From an uncultured Eubacteriales bacterium (GTDB lineage Bacteria; Bacillota; Sulfobacillia; UBA995; UBA9673), in contig CAJXZV010000003.1 in the NCBI GenBank assembly GCA_913063835.1, positions 1 through 51,359 of the forward strand: a DNA stretch of 51,359 nucleotides, written 5' to 3'. Below are positions 1-10,563 of the stretch, in pieces (within the stretch, counting starts at the first letter, position 1; each line of letters opens with the position of its first letter). The notes below the pieces were generated by a model, which saw only the letters and a program-made list of their open reading frames with translations, searched no databases and had not been told where the DNA came from. The position numbers and the translations under genes are program-made.

Positions 1-615
1 CCCGGGCCCCTCGGTGACGGGGATGCCTCCTCCCCCGGAGGCGATGACCACGACACCGCTCTCGACCAGGGCCCGGATCTCGTCTCTCTCGACGATGCGG
101 ATGGGGTCGGGCGAGGGGACCACCCTGCGCCACTGGCCGGCACGGACCTCTCTCATGACCCATCCCCGTTCGGCCGCGAGGGCCTCGGCCCTGGCCGCCG
201 GATAGAAGGGCCCTACGGGCTTGGTGGGATTGTCGAAGGCGGGGTCGGCCGGGTCCACCACGACCTGGGTCACAAGGCTGACGACACGAGGGTCGCGGCC
301 GCGCGAGAGGAGTTCGTTGCGCAGGGCCTGCTGGATCATGTACCCGATGAGTCCCTGGCTCTCCGCACCGCAGATGTCCAGGGGCATGGCCGGGACCTGT
401 TCGGCGCCCTCCTCGTTCTGGATGAGGATGTTCCCCACCTGCGGACCGTTGCCGTGCGTGACAACGACCCGGTGGCCCATCTCGATGAGGGAGACGATGG
501 CGCCGGCCGTCTGGGCGATGTTGGCCCTCTGCTCCTCCGCCGTCCCCCTCTGCCCGGGCTGGAGTATCGCGTTCCCCCCCAGAGCGATGACGACCGTTTC
601 ACCTCTGGGTTGCAT
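1..615 (-). CDS. arcC: Carbamate kinase (3' end runs off the window edge)
   Basis: Absent from the ORF track. Manual translation from ATG at 615 gives [24 protein letters not shown]...[12 protein letters not shown]...[15 protein letters not shown]...PTKPVGPFY...WRRVVPSP...ASGGGGIPV, the carbamate kinase signature motifs. Confidence 0.95.
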   Translation of the reverse strand, partial: MQPRGETVVIALGGNAILQPGQRGTAEEQRANIAQTAGAIVSLIEMGHRVVVTHGNGPQVGNILIQNEEGAEQVPAMPLDICGAESQGLIGYMIQQALRNELLSRGRDPRVVSLVTQVVVDPADPAFDNPTKPVGPFYPAARAEALAAERGWVMREVRAGQWRRVVPSPDPIRIVERDEIRALVESGVVVIASGGGGIPVTEGPG

Positions 616-674
616 CTCATCCCCCGTTCCCGTTCCGGACCGTTCCCACCTGCCCGTCCCCTGCGACGCCGGGC

Positions 675-1685
675 TCACCGGTCCCTTATGTTGACCCCCC
701 TACCGCATCTACGGCACTTCCTCCCTTCGAGTTCCATCCGCCGGGCCGAGAAACCTCGTCTCGAGACCAGGACCGCGCCGCAGGACGGGCAGGCCGTGTC
801 TGCGGCATCGACCTCCCAGGCGTTGCCGATGTAGACGTAAGACAGGTGCCGGGCGGCGATGTCTCTGGCCCGCCTCAGGGTCTGGACGGGTGTCTCGGGG
901 CGGGTCATCTTCCAGTTGGGGAAGTAGCGCGACAGGTGCAGGGGTATTTCCGGGGAGATGCCCGCCAGCCACTCAGAGAGGCGTTCGACCTGGTCGTCCC
1001 CGTCGTTGAGGCCCGGGATGATGAGACAGGTGACCTCGACATGACACCCGGCCGCATGGGCGGTCTCGACCGTCCGGAGGACCGGCTCGAGGCGGCCGGA
1101 GCAGACCTCCCTGTAGAACTCTGTCGAGAAGGACTTCACGTCGACGTTCATGGCGTCGACATAGGAAAGCAAGTCCTTGAGGGGCTCTTCCCGCACGTAG
1201 CCGTTTGTCACGAGCACGTTCTTCAGGCCGCGCTCCCGCGCGAGTCTCGCGGTGTCGAGGACGTACTCGAACCATACGAGAGGCTCGCTGTAGGTGTAGG
1301 CCAGCCCGATGCACGGCCGCTGCGGGTCGCTCCACGCGGCGGCCGTCTCGACCGCCCTCTCAGGCGGGAACGGGACGTCCTCACCGTCGCCCTGTGACAG
1401 CTCCCAGTTCTGGCAGTGTCGGCAGCGCAGGTTGCAGCCGTAGGCCCCGAGCGAGAAGATGTAGGTGCCAGGGTGGAAGTGGTAGAGGGGCTTCTTCTCC
1501 ACGGGGTCCATGGCGTAGGAAGCCACGCGGCCGTACTTCACGGCCACGAGGACACCGTCCTGGTTCCTGCGGACCCGACAGAACCCGACCTTCCCCGGAC
1601 GGATCCGGCAGTCCTGGGGGCAGAGGAGACAATGGACGACATCCCCTTCGAGCTTCTCGTAGTAGTCGGCCTCCCGCATCCACAC
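675..1685 (-). CDS. amrS: AmmeMemoRadiSam system radical SAM enzyme (PflX-like)
   Basis: N-terminal CxxCPxxC...[20 protein letters not shown], radical SAM motif [16 protein letters not shown]-terminal CxxC/CxxC; adjacent to the AMMECR1/Memo gene. Confidence 0.9.
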   Translation of the reverse strand: MWMREADYYEKLEGDVVHCLLCPQDCRIRPGKVGFCRVRRNQDGVLVAVKYGRVASYAMDPVEKKPLYHFHPGTYIFSLGAYGCNLRCRHCQNWELSQGDGEDVPFPPERAVETAAAWSDPQRPCIGLAYTYSEPLVWFEYVLDTARLARERGLKNVLVTNGYVREEPLKDLLSYVDAMNVDVKSFSTEFYREVCSGRLEPVLRTVETAHAAGCHVEVTCLIIPGLNDGDDQVERLSEWLAGISPEIPLHLSRYFPNWKMTRPETPVQTLRRARDIAARHLSYVYIGNAWEVDAADTACPSCGAVLVSRRGFSARRMELEGRKCRRCGRGVNIRDR

Positions 1686-1782
1686 CCCTCCCGCGGTGTG
1701 CGGGCCCGAGCGCTACGGGCCCGAGTCACGGCCCCGACCGGGTCGCCCGCCGCACCGGGCACGCTCCCCGCCCCGGCGTCTC

Positions 1783-3264
1783 TCAGCGGTAGCGTGTCAC
1801 CCTGAACCGGAAGAGCCGCACCCCGGACTCGCCCGGGCTTATCCCCGCCTTCTGCATGGCGATCCTTACCTGGTCCTGGACCGTGTCGACGCCCTCAAGG
1901 TCGGGCAGGAGAAGACCGGTCCGGTCCCCCTTGGTGACGATGACCCCGTAGACCGCGGGGTCCAGTTCGTCGACCCCGGAGACCGGTTCCGGAGGCTCGA
2001 GGACGTCCACGGAGTACTCGAGGTCGCCCAGTTCGTCCTCACGGACGGGGGGGAACCTCGGGTCGGACGTCCCGGCCTGGATGGCGTTCCTGACGATCTC
2101 CTCGGCGAGGTTCGGGGCGGTGGGCTGGATGGTCCCGATGCATCCCCGGAGCTGCCCCCCCTTCTTGAGGGACACGAAAGCGCCGGCCCGGCGGTCGAGG
2201 CCGGGGCTCGAGGCCGGCGCCGAGATGCGCCGCCCTTCACGCACGTACGTCTCCAGCGAGAGACGGGCCAGGCGCACGAACGGGTGTGGCGCCTGGTCCC
2301 GACCGGCCGCCGTCCGGCCGCCGCCCGGCTCCAGCCCCGGGTCCTCTCCGTCCTGTCCGGGGCCTTCCGTCTTCCCCTCCGCCTTCCCCTCCGCGGGGGC
2401 GGTCCTCCCACCGCCGCCTGGAGCCTCCAGACGGGTGTTCCTCGGAAGGAAGGTGGCCACGGCGTACCCGACGCCGAAGGGGCCCTCGTAGGAGAGGACC
2501 TCGGGCACGACGTCGAGGCCGTCGAGAGCGCCGAAAAGGGTCAGGATGGGGCCGAAACCGCACTCGCCCGCCCGCTCGACGAGTTCGGGGTCCATCTCCA
2601 GCAGGGCCTTGACGTCGGCTCGGGCGAGGGCGTCGACGACCCTCCGGTCGAAGATGCGGCCCATCGGGTCGTAGCCGGCAGGAGCGCCCTCGGTCAGGCG
2701 GTGAGAGAGGTCACCGCTGGCCACGTAGACGATGCGCACCCCGAGTTCCACGGCCGCCGCCTGGACAGCCTGGCCGAACCGGTAGAGCTCCTCCCGTCGG
2801 AGGGGGCCGACGGCACCCGCGACGAGCCGGCACTCGAGCCCGGCCTCGGTGAGGTAGTGGAGCGGGACGAGGACGGCGTAGTGCAGCCTGTCCGGAGGGC
2901 GGAAGCTCATCTTGTCCGCGTCAGGGGTGAAGACGGTGACCTTCCTCCGGGCGGCTTCCTCTCGGATGCGGTCGACCAGCCGGAGGTCGTTGCCGAAGCG
3001 GAGGGACGTGCCGGCGATGCCGAACTCGCGGAAGTTCCCCTGCAGGAGAGGGCTTGCCAGGAGCGTCACCGCGTTGCGGACCACCGGACCGTGCGGGGCG
3101 ATGACGACGACCGTGTCGGGTCTGATGTCCCGCACGAGGGCGGCGACCCCCTGGAGAGCGCTCCGGGTCTTCACGACCTGGTCGAGGTCCTTGTCACCGA
3201 TCTCCGGAACGATGATGGGCGCGTGCGGGGACAGCACCCCGAGGACGATTCCTGCTCGAGCCAT
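1783..3264 (-). CDS. amrA: AmmeMemoRadiSam protein A: Memo/LigB-like N-terminal domain fused to an AMMECR1 domain
   Basis: N-terminal PHAPII...PHG...ASGDLSH...ECG...YEGPFGVGY (Memo/LigB fold); C-terminal [18 protein letters not shown]...DPRFPPV...[10 protein letters not shown] (AMMECR1). Confidence 0.9.
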   Translation of the reverse strand: MARAGIVLGVLSPHAPIIVPEIGDKDLDQVVKTRSALQGVAALVRDIRPDTVVVIAPHGPVVRNAVTLLASPLLQGNFREFGIAGTSLRFGNDLRLVDRIREEAARRKVTVFTPDADKMSFRPPDRLHYAVLVPLHYLTEAGLECRLVAGAVGPLRREELYRFGQAVQAAAVELGVRIVYVASGDLSHRLTEGAPAGYDPMGRIFDRRVVDALARADVKALLEMDPELVERAGECGFGPILTLFGALDGLDVVPEVLSYEGPFGVGYAVATFLPRNTRLEAPGGGGRTAPAEGKAEGKTEGPGQDGEDPGLEPGGGRTAAGRDQAPHPFVRLARLSLETYVREGRRISAPASSPGLDRRAGAFVSLKKGGQLRGCIGTIQPTAPNLAEEIVRNAIQAGTSDPRFPPVREDELGDLEYSVDVLEPPEPVSGVDELDPAVYGVIVTKGDRTGLLLPDLEGVDTVQDQVRIAMQKAGISPGESGVRLFRFRVTRYR

Positions 3265-3271
3265 GACGCGC

Positions 3272-4597
3272 TCACTCCCGGACGTCCCCGACGTGGACCT
3301 TGACCACGTCGGGCGATGTCGAGGCCTGCAGGAGGCAGGCGTAGTTCACCAGGAACCCGACCTCCTCACCGACGGAAAGGCGGCCGGGGTAGTCCTCGAT
3401 GTCGAGCACGAGGTGGTCGCTGGTGGCTCCCACCACCTCGATGCCGCCGGCGAGCGGTTTCAATCCCTCCGGAACGATATCCTGCCTTCCGGCCGCGACG
3501 ACGGCGCGGAGGCGGAGGCCCCTGTCGACGAAGACGGGACGGCGGCCGAAGGCGTCCTCGGCGAGCTCGCCGACCGGAGCGCTCGGCTTCTTGCGTATCT
3601 CGATGATCCGGGCCCAGAAGGTGACCGCATCGAGGTGACACCCGGGAAGGGGCTCCCGGCGCAGACTGTCCCGCCCGAGGACGATGCCCTCACCGACCCG
3701 GAGGTCGTGCAGGCCGTCCGGGAGGCGCTCTCCTCTCACCAGGAGGGGAAGGACCGCCGTGTTCCCGGCCGACACCCTGAGAAGCCGCCCCAGGCGCTCA
3801 CCGGTCTCCCGGGCCAGGGTCAGAAGGTGTTCGAGGTGCTCAGGCGTCGGGACCACTCCGGAGAAGCAGGCCATGTTCGCGGCCAGGCCGGCGACGTGGG
3901 CCCGCCGCGAGGGGTCGCTCCGGCCCGCGGCCCGGGCCATCCGCTCCTCGAACTGCACGGCCGCATCGGGGACCTCCTCCGGCAGGAATCCTTCCCTCAG
4001 GTCTCCGAAGTCGACGGTCAGGAGCACCTCGTAGGGCCGGTCAGGCCCGGTCGCCCTGGCGAGACTCTCCGCGACCTCGAGGCTCGCGCACAGGACGCCG
4101 TCGGAAAGGGCCACCGCCGCCGGGGCGTCGGCCGGGGAGGGCTCCCGGAGAAGAAGGAACGGGACCCTCCGGTCCGCCGTGCCGCCCGCGCCTACGCCGC
4201 GCAGGGCCTGCAGGCGGCGGAGGTTCGACAGGCGGGAGTCGGCCAGGCCCGCCGCCCCCCCGGCCAGGAAGGCCCGGGCGACCGCCGGGTCGCCTCGGAG
4301 GACCTTGGTCACGGCGTGGAGCTCGAGGCCGGCCGCACGGCAGCACCCCGCCAGGGCCCGCGTGTTGGCGGCCAGCTTGACAAGGTCGATCTCGAGTCTC
4401 GGCGCCGGTGACGTCGACGTCGGTGCCACTGCGGCCGGTTTCCTCCCAGACACACGGCCGCCCCGGGTCGTCGGCTGCAGAGCGCCCCGAGGACGGCCAT
4501 GACGCAAGACCTGTCGAAGACCGGGGGAAGGGGCCTCCGGTCCCGACATCCCATTCCATTCTACCCGAGTCAGGTCCTCACCTTCGGCGGCCGCCAC
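3272..4597 (-). CDS. PLP-dependent alanine/ornithine racemase family protein (true start probably ~130-190 nt downstream of the ORF start)
   Basis: PRLEIDL..L..N, VTK (PLP lysine), [34 protein letters not shown] and [10 protein letters not shown] are typical of clostridial Orr/alanine-racemase-like enzymes. Confidence 0.85.
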   Translation of the reverse strand: MAAAEGEDLTRVEWNGMSGPEAPSPGLRQVLRHGRPRGALQPTTRGGRVSGRKPAAVAPTSTSPAPRLEIDLVKLAANTRALAGCCRAAGLELHAVTKVLRGDPAVARAFLAGGAAGLADSRLSNLRRLQALRGVGAGGTADRRVPFLLLREPSPADAPAAVALSDGVLCASLEVAESLARATGPDRPYEVLLTVDFGDLREGFLPEEVPDAAVQFEERMARAAGRSDPSRRAHVAGLAANMACFSGVVPTPEHLEHLLTLARETGERLGRLLRVSAGNTAVLPLLVRGERLPDGLHDLRVGEGIVLGRDSLRREPLPGCHLDAVTFWARIIEIRKKPSAPVGELAEDAFGRRPVFVDRGLRLRAVVAAGRQDIVPEGLKPLAGGIEVVGATSDHLVLDIEDYPGRLSVGEEVGFLVNYACLLQASTSPDVVKVHVGDVRE

Positions 4598-4663
4598 CCG
4601 CCCGCCCGGCGGCCCGGAACCTCCGGGGGCGGGGCCGCCGGGAAGAGCCGAGGTCCGGGCGGT

Positions 4664-5509
4664 TCAGGCCGTGCCGGGCGGCGGCTGGTGGACGAAGCGG
4701 CAGATGCCGAAGAAGATGGCCATGGCGATGAGGTGCTGGTAGTCCGGGTCCTGCAGGAGCGCGAGGTCGCGCGGGTTGGACAGGAAGCCCATCTCGACGA
4801 CGACGGCGGGAGCGTCCGTCTCTCTGATAAGGAAGATGTCCTGGCGCCCGTTGGGCTGCCGGTCGGTTTCACCGGTGACCCGCACGAGCTCGCCCTGGAT
4901 GGCTTCAGCGAGGAACCTGCCGCCGGGGTGCGCCCCGGGCATGTAGAAGGTCTGGGCGCCGCGCCAGACGCTGGAAGGGAAGGAGTTGCAGTGCAGGGAG
5001 ACCAGGAGGTCGGCCCCGGCCCGCTTCACCGCCTCGACCCTCCGGATGAGCTCCGCCCGAACGGCCGAGCCGTGGCGCTGCGAGTCCCCCGGCTGGAGAA
5101 GGTCGCGGTCCTCGGTCCTCGTCAGGAAGACCTCGGCCCCGGCCCGGACGAGGATGTCGCGGAGTTTCAGCGACACAGCCAGGTTCAGGTCGGCCTCCAC
5201 CACGCCGCTGTCGGTGATCACGCCGGGGTCGAAGCCGCCGTGACCGGGGTCGATGGCCACGACGAGGCCGGACAGGACGCCTGTGACGGGGACGACCGGA
5301 CCGTCGGGCAGCCAGGCGGCGCCGAAAGCCGCAGCCACAGGGCCGCCGGCCAGAAGCCACCCCACGGCGGCCACCCCCAGGAGCAGGGCCGCACCCAAGG
5401 CCGCAGGGGTCGACGGGGAGGCCAGGCCTCGCGAACCGGTGATGCGGGTCGGCCGCTCGGCTGCGGCTGTCGCCCCGGCAGAGGCCCTCGGCCCCGCTCG
5501 ATGAGGCAT
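4664..5509 (-). CDS. cwlD: N-acetylmuramoyl-L-alanine amidase, CwlD-like (Amidase_3) with N-terminal membrane anchor
   Basis: IDPGHGGFDPG, E..LNL, LTR, SLHCNSFPSSVWRGAQTFY, VEMGFLSN; position downstream of rplM-rpsI as in spore-forming Firmicutes. Confidence 0.85.
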   Translation of the reverse strand: MPHRAGPRASAGATAAAERPTRITGSRGLASPSTPAALGAALLLGVAAVGWLLAGGPVAAAFGAAWLPDGPVVPVTGVLSGLVVAIDPGHGGFDPGVITDSGVVEADLNLAVSLKLRDILVRAGAEVFLTRTEDRDLLQPGDSQRHGSAVRAELIRRVEAVKRAGADLLVSLHCNSFPSSVWRGAQTFYMPGAHPGGRFLAEAIQGELVRVTGETDRQPNGRQDIFLIRETDAPAVVVEMGFLSNPRDLALLQDPDYQHLIAMAIFFGICRFVHQPPPGTA

Positions 5510-5574
5510 TCGGCTCCATCCTCCCGCCGCCCGCTCCGGGTAGGCCTCTGGCCGCCCCGAAGCCTCTTCCGACC

Positions 5575-5604
5575 ATTCGTATGTCGGGTCGGAGCGGACT
5601 TAGC
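5575..5604 (-). promoter_or_regulatory. Possible sigmaE/sigmaK-type sporulation promoter of cwlD
   Basis: Minus strand GCTAA-N16-CATACGAAT; the -10 resembles the mother-cell sigma CATAcaaT consensus, the -35 is weak. Confidence 0.4.
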
Positions 5605-5673
5605 ACATCGGCGACCTGTCGGCGGGACGGACGGAGGGCGTCGACCGGAGACGGCTCCGTCTCTGGCGCCGCC

Positions 5674-6105
5674 TCACCTCTTGGAGAACTGCGGGGCCTT
5701 GCGGGCCTTCTTCAGCCCGTACTTGCGGCGCTCCTTCATCCGCGGGTCCCGCGTCAGAAGGCCGGCCTTCTTGAGGATGGGTCGGTAGTTCTCGTCGACC
5801 AGGAGCAGGGCCCGCGCGATGCCGTGCCTGATGGCCCCGGCCTGCCCGGACATCCCCCCGCCGCTCACCCGGACGATGACGTCGAACCTGTCGTCCAGAT
5901 GGGTGAGGCGGAGCGGGAGGGTGAGCGAGTCCCGGAGCATCGGCGTCGGGAAGTAGTCGTCGACGGGCCTGCCGTTGACGATGATCCGTCCTTCGCCAGG
6001 CACCAACCGTACACGAGCGACAGACGTCTTGCGCCGGCCGGTACCCTGGTACTCGACAGAACGCTGGGTGAGAGTCGTCGCCACCGCTGCCGGCACCACC
6101 TTCAC
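5674..6105 (-). CDS. rpsI: 30S ribosomal protein S9
   Basis: [12 protein letters not shown]...[25 protein letters not shown]. Confidence 0.98.
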   Translation of the reverse strand: MKVVPAAVATTLTQRSVEYQGTGRRKTSVARVRLVPGEGRIIVNGRPVDDYFPTPMLRDSLTLPLRLTHLDDRFDVIVRVSGGGMSGQAGAIRHGIARALLLVDENYRPILKKAGLLTRDPRMKERRKYGLKKARKAPQFSKR

Positions 6106-6530
6106 AGTTCGAGTTCCTCGGGTTGCTGCGCTTCGTGGGGGTGGACCGGGCCGGCGTAGACCTTGAGCTTCTTCGCCATGGCCCGCCCCAGGCGGTTGTG
6201 CGGCAGCATCCCGCGGACGGCTATCTCGATGACCCTTTCAGGCCTCGTCTGCATCATCCGGCGGAAGGTGGTCGTCTTCAACCCGCCCGGATAGCCGGAG
6301 TGCCGGTAGTAGAGCTTGCCTTCGGCCTTGTCTCCGGTGACGACCACCTTGTCGGCGTTGATCACGATGACGTAGTCCCCTGTGTCAAGAAAGGGGGTGT
6401 AGGTGGGCTTGTGCTTGCCGCGCAGGATGGCGGCGATCCGGCTGGCCAGACGGCCCAGGGTCTTGCCCTCGGCGTCAACGACGTACCAGCGTCTCTGTAT
6501 CTCAGAAGGTTTGGCCACGTACGTCCGCAT
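6102..6530 (-). CDS. rplM: 50S ribosomal protein L13
   Basis: [16 protein letters not shown]...[20 protein letters not shown]...HSGYPGGLK. Confidence 0.98.
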   Translation of the reverse strand: MRTYVAKPSEIQRRWYVVDAEGKTLGRLASRIAAILRGKHKPTYTPFLDTGDYVIVINADKVVVTGDKAEGKLYYRHSGYPGGLKTTTFRRMMQTRPERVIEIAVRGMLPHNRLGRAMAKKLKVYAGPVHPHEAQQPEELEL

Positions 6531-6560
6531 AGGATGTCCCCCTCGAACGGCACAACTCGA

Positions 6561-6590
6561 ATTCTAATACGCGCGAGAATCCGGTGTCAA
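6561..6590 (-). promoter_or_regulatory. sigmaA-type promoter of rplM-rpsI
   Basis: TTGACA-N18-TAGAAT on the minus strand, just upstream of rplM. Confidence 0.7.
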
Positions 6591-7492
6591 GGCAGGTAGA
6601 CGCCTCCCGGAAGCAGGGCCGCCGAAGGCTCTCCCCGGGCGGGTGCGGCCTCCGCTTCGGTCGGAGACTCGTAGCTGACCCTTTCCAGCCAGAGGCCGTG
6701 AGCCGGTGCGGTCGGCCCCAGCTCCTCCCTGACTCCGCTCCGCAGGGCCTCCCGGGTGACATCCGGAGGCAGGCGCCCCTGCCCGACCTCGAGCATGGTC
6801 CCGACGATGATGCGCACCATGTGGTACAGGAAGCCGTCACCCGTGACCTCGAAGGTGAGGACCTCGCCGCCGGGGGGGTGCCACGCCGGGACCGGGCGGC
6901 TCTCGATGCAGGCGCGGTGGATGGTCCTCGTCGTCGTCTGGGCGGAACTCCCCGTGTCCCTGAAAGCGGCGAAGTCGTGGCGGCCCTCGAGCGGCTCCAA
7001 GGCCGCCCGGCAGGCTTCGAGGTCGAGTCGGAACGGGAAGTGAAGGGACCACTTCCGGTAGAACGGTGACGGAAGGGGTGACCGCCAGACGTAGTACCGG
7101 TAGGTCTTGGAGACCGCGTCCCGCCTCGGGTCGAACCCCGGAGCCGCCCTCTGTGCCGAGAGGACGACGATGTCCGGCGGCAGGTGGCTGTTCAGGGCCT
7201 GGGGCAGATGGTCGCAGGGCACCGTCAGGCGGCTGGAGAAAGCGCAGACCTGCCCCTTGGCATGGACCCCCGCGTCGGTCCTGGAGGCGCCGGTGACCAC
7301 CACTCGCTCGCCACGCTCCCCCTCAGGGGATATCTTCGCCAGGGCGGCTTCCAGGCGGGCGGCCACGGTGTCCAGGCCCGGCCTCTGGAGCTGGAAGCCG
7401 TGGTAGGCCGTTCCGTCGTAGGCCACGACAAGACTGTAGCGCGGTACGTCGTCCGCCGGCCTCCCGCGGCCGAGGGCGTCCTCACCTCTCAC
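6587..7492 (-). CDS. truA: tRNA pseudouridine(38-40) synthase
   Basis: YDGTAYHGFQ, ASRTDAGVHAKGQV, GRHDFAAF, GFLYHMVRIIVG, TAPAHGLWL; GTG start at 7492 overlaps the ecfT stop (GTGA). Confidence 0.96.
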   Translation of the reverse strand: MRGEDALGRGRPADDVPRYSLVVAYDGTAYHGFQLQRPGLDTVAARLEAALAKISPEGERGERVVVTGASRTDAGVHAKGQVCAFSSRLTVPCDHLPQALNSHLPPDIVVLSAQRAAPGFDPRRDAVSKTYRYYVWRSPLPSPFYRKWSLHFPFRLDLEACRAALEPLEGRHDFAAFRDTGSSAQTTTRTIHRACIESRPVPAWHPPGGEVLTFEVTGDGFLYHMVRIIVGTMLEVGQGRLPPDVTREALRSGVREELGPTAPAHGLWLERVSYESPTEAEAAPARGEPSAALLPGGVYLP

Positions 7493-8292
7493 CCGGGCCA
7501 CCACCTGAGGCCGATGACCACGGCCGCCATGAATCCCGTCAGCGCGGCGGCCGCCGCGTCGAGAGCGGTGGCCCGGAGGCGGTTGAGCCGGGTCCGGTGT
7601 CTTCCCCCCCGGTAGCACCTGGCCTCCATCGCTGTGGCCAGCTCGTCCGCGCGGCGGAAGGCCGAGACGAAGAGGGGGACCAGGAGCGGAACGAGGCTTC
7701 GTATGCGCCGCGAAAGGCTCCGGCTCTCGAAGTCGGCACCGCGAGCCATCTGGGCCTTCATGATCTTGTCGGCCTCTTCCATCAGCGTCGGGATGAAGCG
7801 CAGAGCGATGGTCATCATCATGGCCAGCTCGTGGGCCGGCAGGCCCACGACGCGGAACGGGGCCAGGATGCTCTCGAGGCCGTCCGTCAGGGACACGGGC
7901 GAGGTGGTGAGGGTGAGGAGAGAGGCCATGACAAGGAGCAGGAGCAGCCTGGCCACCATGAACAGGCCCATCCTCAGGCCCTCCCACGAGGCCACGAGGG
8001 GCCCGAGGGTGAACATGGTCCGGCCCGGGGTCAAGAAGAGCTGGAGCGTGAAGGTCAGCACAAGAAGGATGAGGACCGGCCGGAGGCCCCGGAGAAGCAT
8101 CCTCGCCGGGACACGGGCGAGGTGGACGGCAAGGACGGTGAAGGCCGTCAGCGTGGCGTAGGCGGCGGCGTCCGTCGCGGCGAACAGGACCACCATGAAG
8201 ACCCCCACGATGGTTATCTTCGTCCTGGGGTCGAGCCGGTGCACCACCGAGGAGCCGGAGAGGTACTGGCCGATGGTGATGTCTCTAAACAT
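7489..8292 (-). CDS. ecfT: ECF transporter transmembrane component T
   Basis: MFRDITIGQY...HRLDPRTK...IALRFIPTL..E...AQMARGADF...AMEARCY. Confidence 0.95.
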   Translation of the reverse strand: MFRDITIGQYLSGSSVVHRLDPRTKITIVGVFMVVLFAATDAAAYATLTAFTVLAVHLARVPARMLLRGLRPVLILLVLTFTLQLFLTPGRTMFTLGPLVASWEGLRMGLFMVARLLLLLVMASLLTLTTSPVSLTDGLESILAPFRVVGLPAHELAMMMTIALRFIPTLMEEADKIMKAQMARGADFESRSLSRRIRSLVPLLVPLFVSAFRRADELATAMEARCYRGGRHRTRLNRLRATALDAAAAALTGFMAAVVIGLRWWPG

Positions 8293-9220
8293 GGACAAGC
8301 CCGGCGTCACCCTCCCGTCCGGAACCGGCGCGGCGCGGCCTGCCCGCCCTGATCCACTGGTCGATCTCCTCGGCCGCCTCCCTCGGGCTCAACCGGGAGA
8401 CGTCGACCTGAGCCCCCCTGGCGGCCAACGCGTGCATCAGGGCGACGACGGGTGGTGCGTCGAGTCCCAGGCGGCGCAGACTCTCCGGGTCCCGGAAGAC
8501 TTCACGGGTCGGACCGTCCAGGATGAGGCGTCCCTGGTCGAGGATGATGACCCTGTCCACGAGAGCGGCGAGGTCTTCCATGTTGTGGGAGACGACCACC
8601 AGGGTGAGCCCCCATCTCCGGTGCAGTCTCGAAAGTGTCTCGAGTAGTTCGAGCCGCCCGCGGGGGTCCAGGCCCGCCGTCGGTTCGTCGAGGACGAGGG
8701 TGGCGGGTCTCATGGCCAGGACCCCGGCGATGGCCACCCGCCGCATCTGGCCCCCCGAAAGGCTGAAGGGGGACCTCCGCCCGAGAGCCTCGGCCTCGTC
8801 CTCGGGGACACCGACCATCCTCAGGGCGACGGTCACACGGCGTCGGACCTCCTCCTCGGGCAGGCCGAGGTTGCGCGGGCCGAAGGCGATGTCGTCATAG
8901 ACGCTCTCCTCGAAGAGCTGGTGTTCGGGGAACTGGAAGATGAGGCCGACCTTCCGCCTGACCTTGTGCAGGTCCGCGGTCCTCGGACCGTCCTTCTCCC
9001 GGGGCCACAGGTCCTCTCCGTCGATGAGCACCCGGCCCGACGTGGGCCTGAGAAGACCGTTGAAGTGCTGGATAAGGGTCGACTTGCCGGAACCCGTCGG
9101 GCCCATGATGCCGACCGTCTCACCGTCGTCTATGCGCAGGCTGACCCTGTCGACGGCGACGACGGCGCGTTCTGTCCCAGGCATGTAGACATGGGTGAGG
9201 TCGACCGTTTCTATGGACAT
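8285..9220 (-). CDS. ecfA2: ECF transporter ATPase A2
   Basis: Walker A GPTGSGKST, FQFPEHQLFEE, SPFSLSGGQMRRVAIAGVLA, LDEPTAGLDP. Confidence 0.95.
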   Translation of the reverse strand: MSIETVDLTHVYMPGTERAVVAVDRVSLRIDDGETVGIMGPTGSGKSTLIQHFNGLLRPTSGRVLIDGEDLWPREKDGPRTADLHKVRRKVGLIFQFPEHQLFEESVYDDIAFGPRNLGLPEEEVRRRVTVALRMVGVPEDEAEALGRRSPFSLSGGQMRRVAIAGVLAMRPATLVLDEPTAGLDPRGRLELLETLSRLHRRWGLTLVVVSHNMEDLAALVDRVIILDQGRLILDGPTREVFRDPESLRRLGLDAPPVVALMHALAARGAQVDVSRLSPREAAEEIDQWIRAGRPRRAGSGREGDAGLVHV

Positions 9221-10050
9221 AGGAAGTCCACCATGGCCTCCAGGGTGAGGACGGACGGAGGGATAGGGTGGCCGGCCTCTTCCAGGAGGCGGCGGACGCC
9301 GACGATCTGCGGCACCCCGAGCCCGATGCCCTCCAGGAAGTCCACCTCGCTGAAGACTTCCTCCGGACGCCCGTCCATGACGAGGTGTCCCCGGTCGAGG
9401 ACCACGACGCGGTCGGCCAGGGCCGCTTCCTCCATGAAATGGGTGATGAGGACGACGGTGAGACCTTCGTCCCGGTTGAGGCGGCGAACGGTCTGGAGGA
9501 CCTCGCGCCGCCCCCTGGGATCGAGCATGGCCGTCGCCTCGTCGAGGACCAGACAGGCGGGTCTCATGGCCAGCGCGCCGGCGATGGCCACCCGCTGCTT
9601 CTGGCCTCCGGACAGGAGATGCGGGGCGTGGCGGGCGTAGTCCTGCATCCTGACGAGGGCGAGGGCTTCGTCCACCCTACGCCGGATCTCCTCGGGTGGG
9701 ACCGCGAGGTTCTCCGGGCCGAAGGCCACGTCCTCCTCGACCACCGTGGCCACGATCTGGTTGTCGGGGTTCTGGAAGACCATCCCCACCGTCTGCCTGA
9801 TGGACCAGTGATGGTCAGGGTCCCGGGTGTCGAGGCCGTTAACGGTCACGCGGCCCTCGGTTGGAAGCAAAAGGGCGTTCAGGTGCCGGGCGAGGGTGGA
9901 CTTGCCTGAACCGTTGGGCCCGATGACGGCGACGAACTCCCCTTGTGCGATGCGAAGGTCCACACCCTCGAGGGCGGTGACCTCCTGCTCCGTCCCCGCT
10001 CCGTAGCGATGTCCGAGACCACTGGTCACGATGAGATCGTCAGGCGGCAA
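9211..10050 (-). CDS. ecfA1: ECF transporter ATPase A1
   Basis: GPNGSGKST, FQNPDNQIVATVVEEDVAFGPEN, LSGGQKQR, LDEATAMLDP; TTG start at 10050 preceded by GGAGG. Confidence 0.95.
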   Translation of the reverse strand: MPPDDLIVTSGLGHRYGAGTEQEVTALEGVDLRIAQGEFVAVIGPNGSGKSTLARHLNALLLPTEGRVTVNGLDTRDPDHHWSIRQTVGMVFQNPDNQIVATVVEEDVAFGPENLAVPPEEIRRRVDEALALVRMQDYARHAPHLLSGGQKQRVAIAGALAMRPACLVLDEATAMLDPRGRREVLQTVRRLNRDEGLTVVLITHFMEEAALADRVVVLDRGHLVMDGRPEEVFSEVDFLEGIGLGVPQIVGVRRLLEEAGHPIPPSVLTLEAMVDFLCP

Positions 10051-10168
10051 GTTGCGAGGTTCCTCCCCCAGGGCTCCGGAGGCGCGGCCGGCGCCAGGCC
10101 GGACCAGGGCGACGCGGAGCCGTCGGCACCCACCCGTCGGCCGCACGCTCTCTCTGTGCGGGGAATTC

Positions 10169-10510
10169 TCAGCGCACCAGCTCCAGGAGGGCGATGGGCG
10201 CCCCGTCACCCCTGCGGTTGTCGAGCTTGACGATGCGGGTGTACCCTCCGGACCTGTCGGCGTAGCGGGGCCCTATCTCGTCGAAGAGTCTCTTGAGGAC
10301 GTCCTCGTCGAGGATGAAGGCCGCCGCCTGCCTCCGCGCGTGCAGGTCACCCCTCTTGGCCAGGGTGATGAGCTGTTCGGCGATAGGCCGACACTCCCTG
10401 GCCTTGGCTTCGGTCGTCTCTATCCGTTCGTGGGCGAAGAGGGCCGTCACGAGGTTCCTGAAGAGAGCCCGGCGATGGCCTCTGGTCCGCCCGAGCTTAG
10501 CCTGTCCCAT
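10169..10510 (-). CDS. rplQ: 50S ribosomal protein L17
   Basis: [16 protein letters not shown]...IETTEAKA...[14 protein letters not shown]. Confidence 0.98.
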   Translation of the reverse strand: MGQAKLGRTRGHRRALFRNLVTALFAHERIETTEAKARECRPIAEQLITLAKRGDLHARRQAAAFILDEDVLKRLFDEIGPRYADRSGGYTRIVKLDNRRGDGAPIALLELVR

Positions 10511-10563
10511 AGGCTCTGCGTCCTCCCATCGAACACCGGACCGCGACGGGCCGGCGGGCCGGC

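Noticed and set aside
7493-7987. Long N-terminal ORF extensions of truA (similarly ecfA1, rpsE, rpsH, rplN, fusA, nusG to 42932, VanW-like to 47837)
   Set aside because: They overlap upstream genes or the tRNA, or lack an SD; downstream starts with an SD or overlapping stop/start fit the family lengths better.
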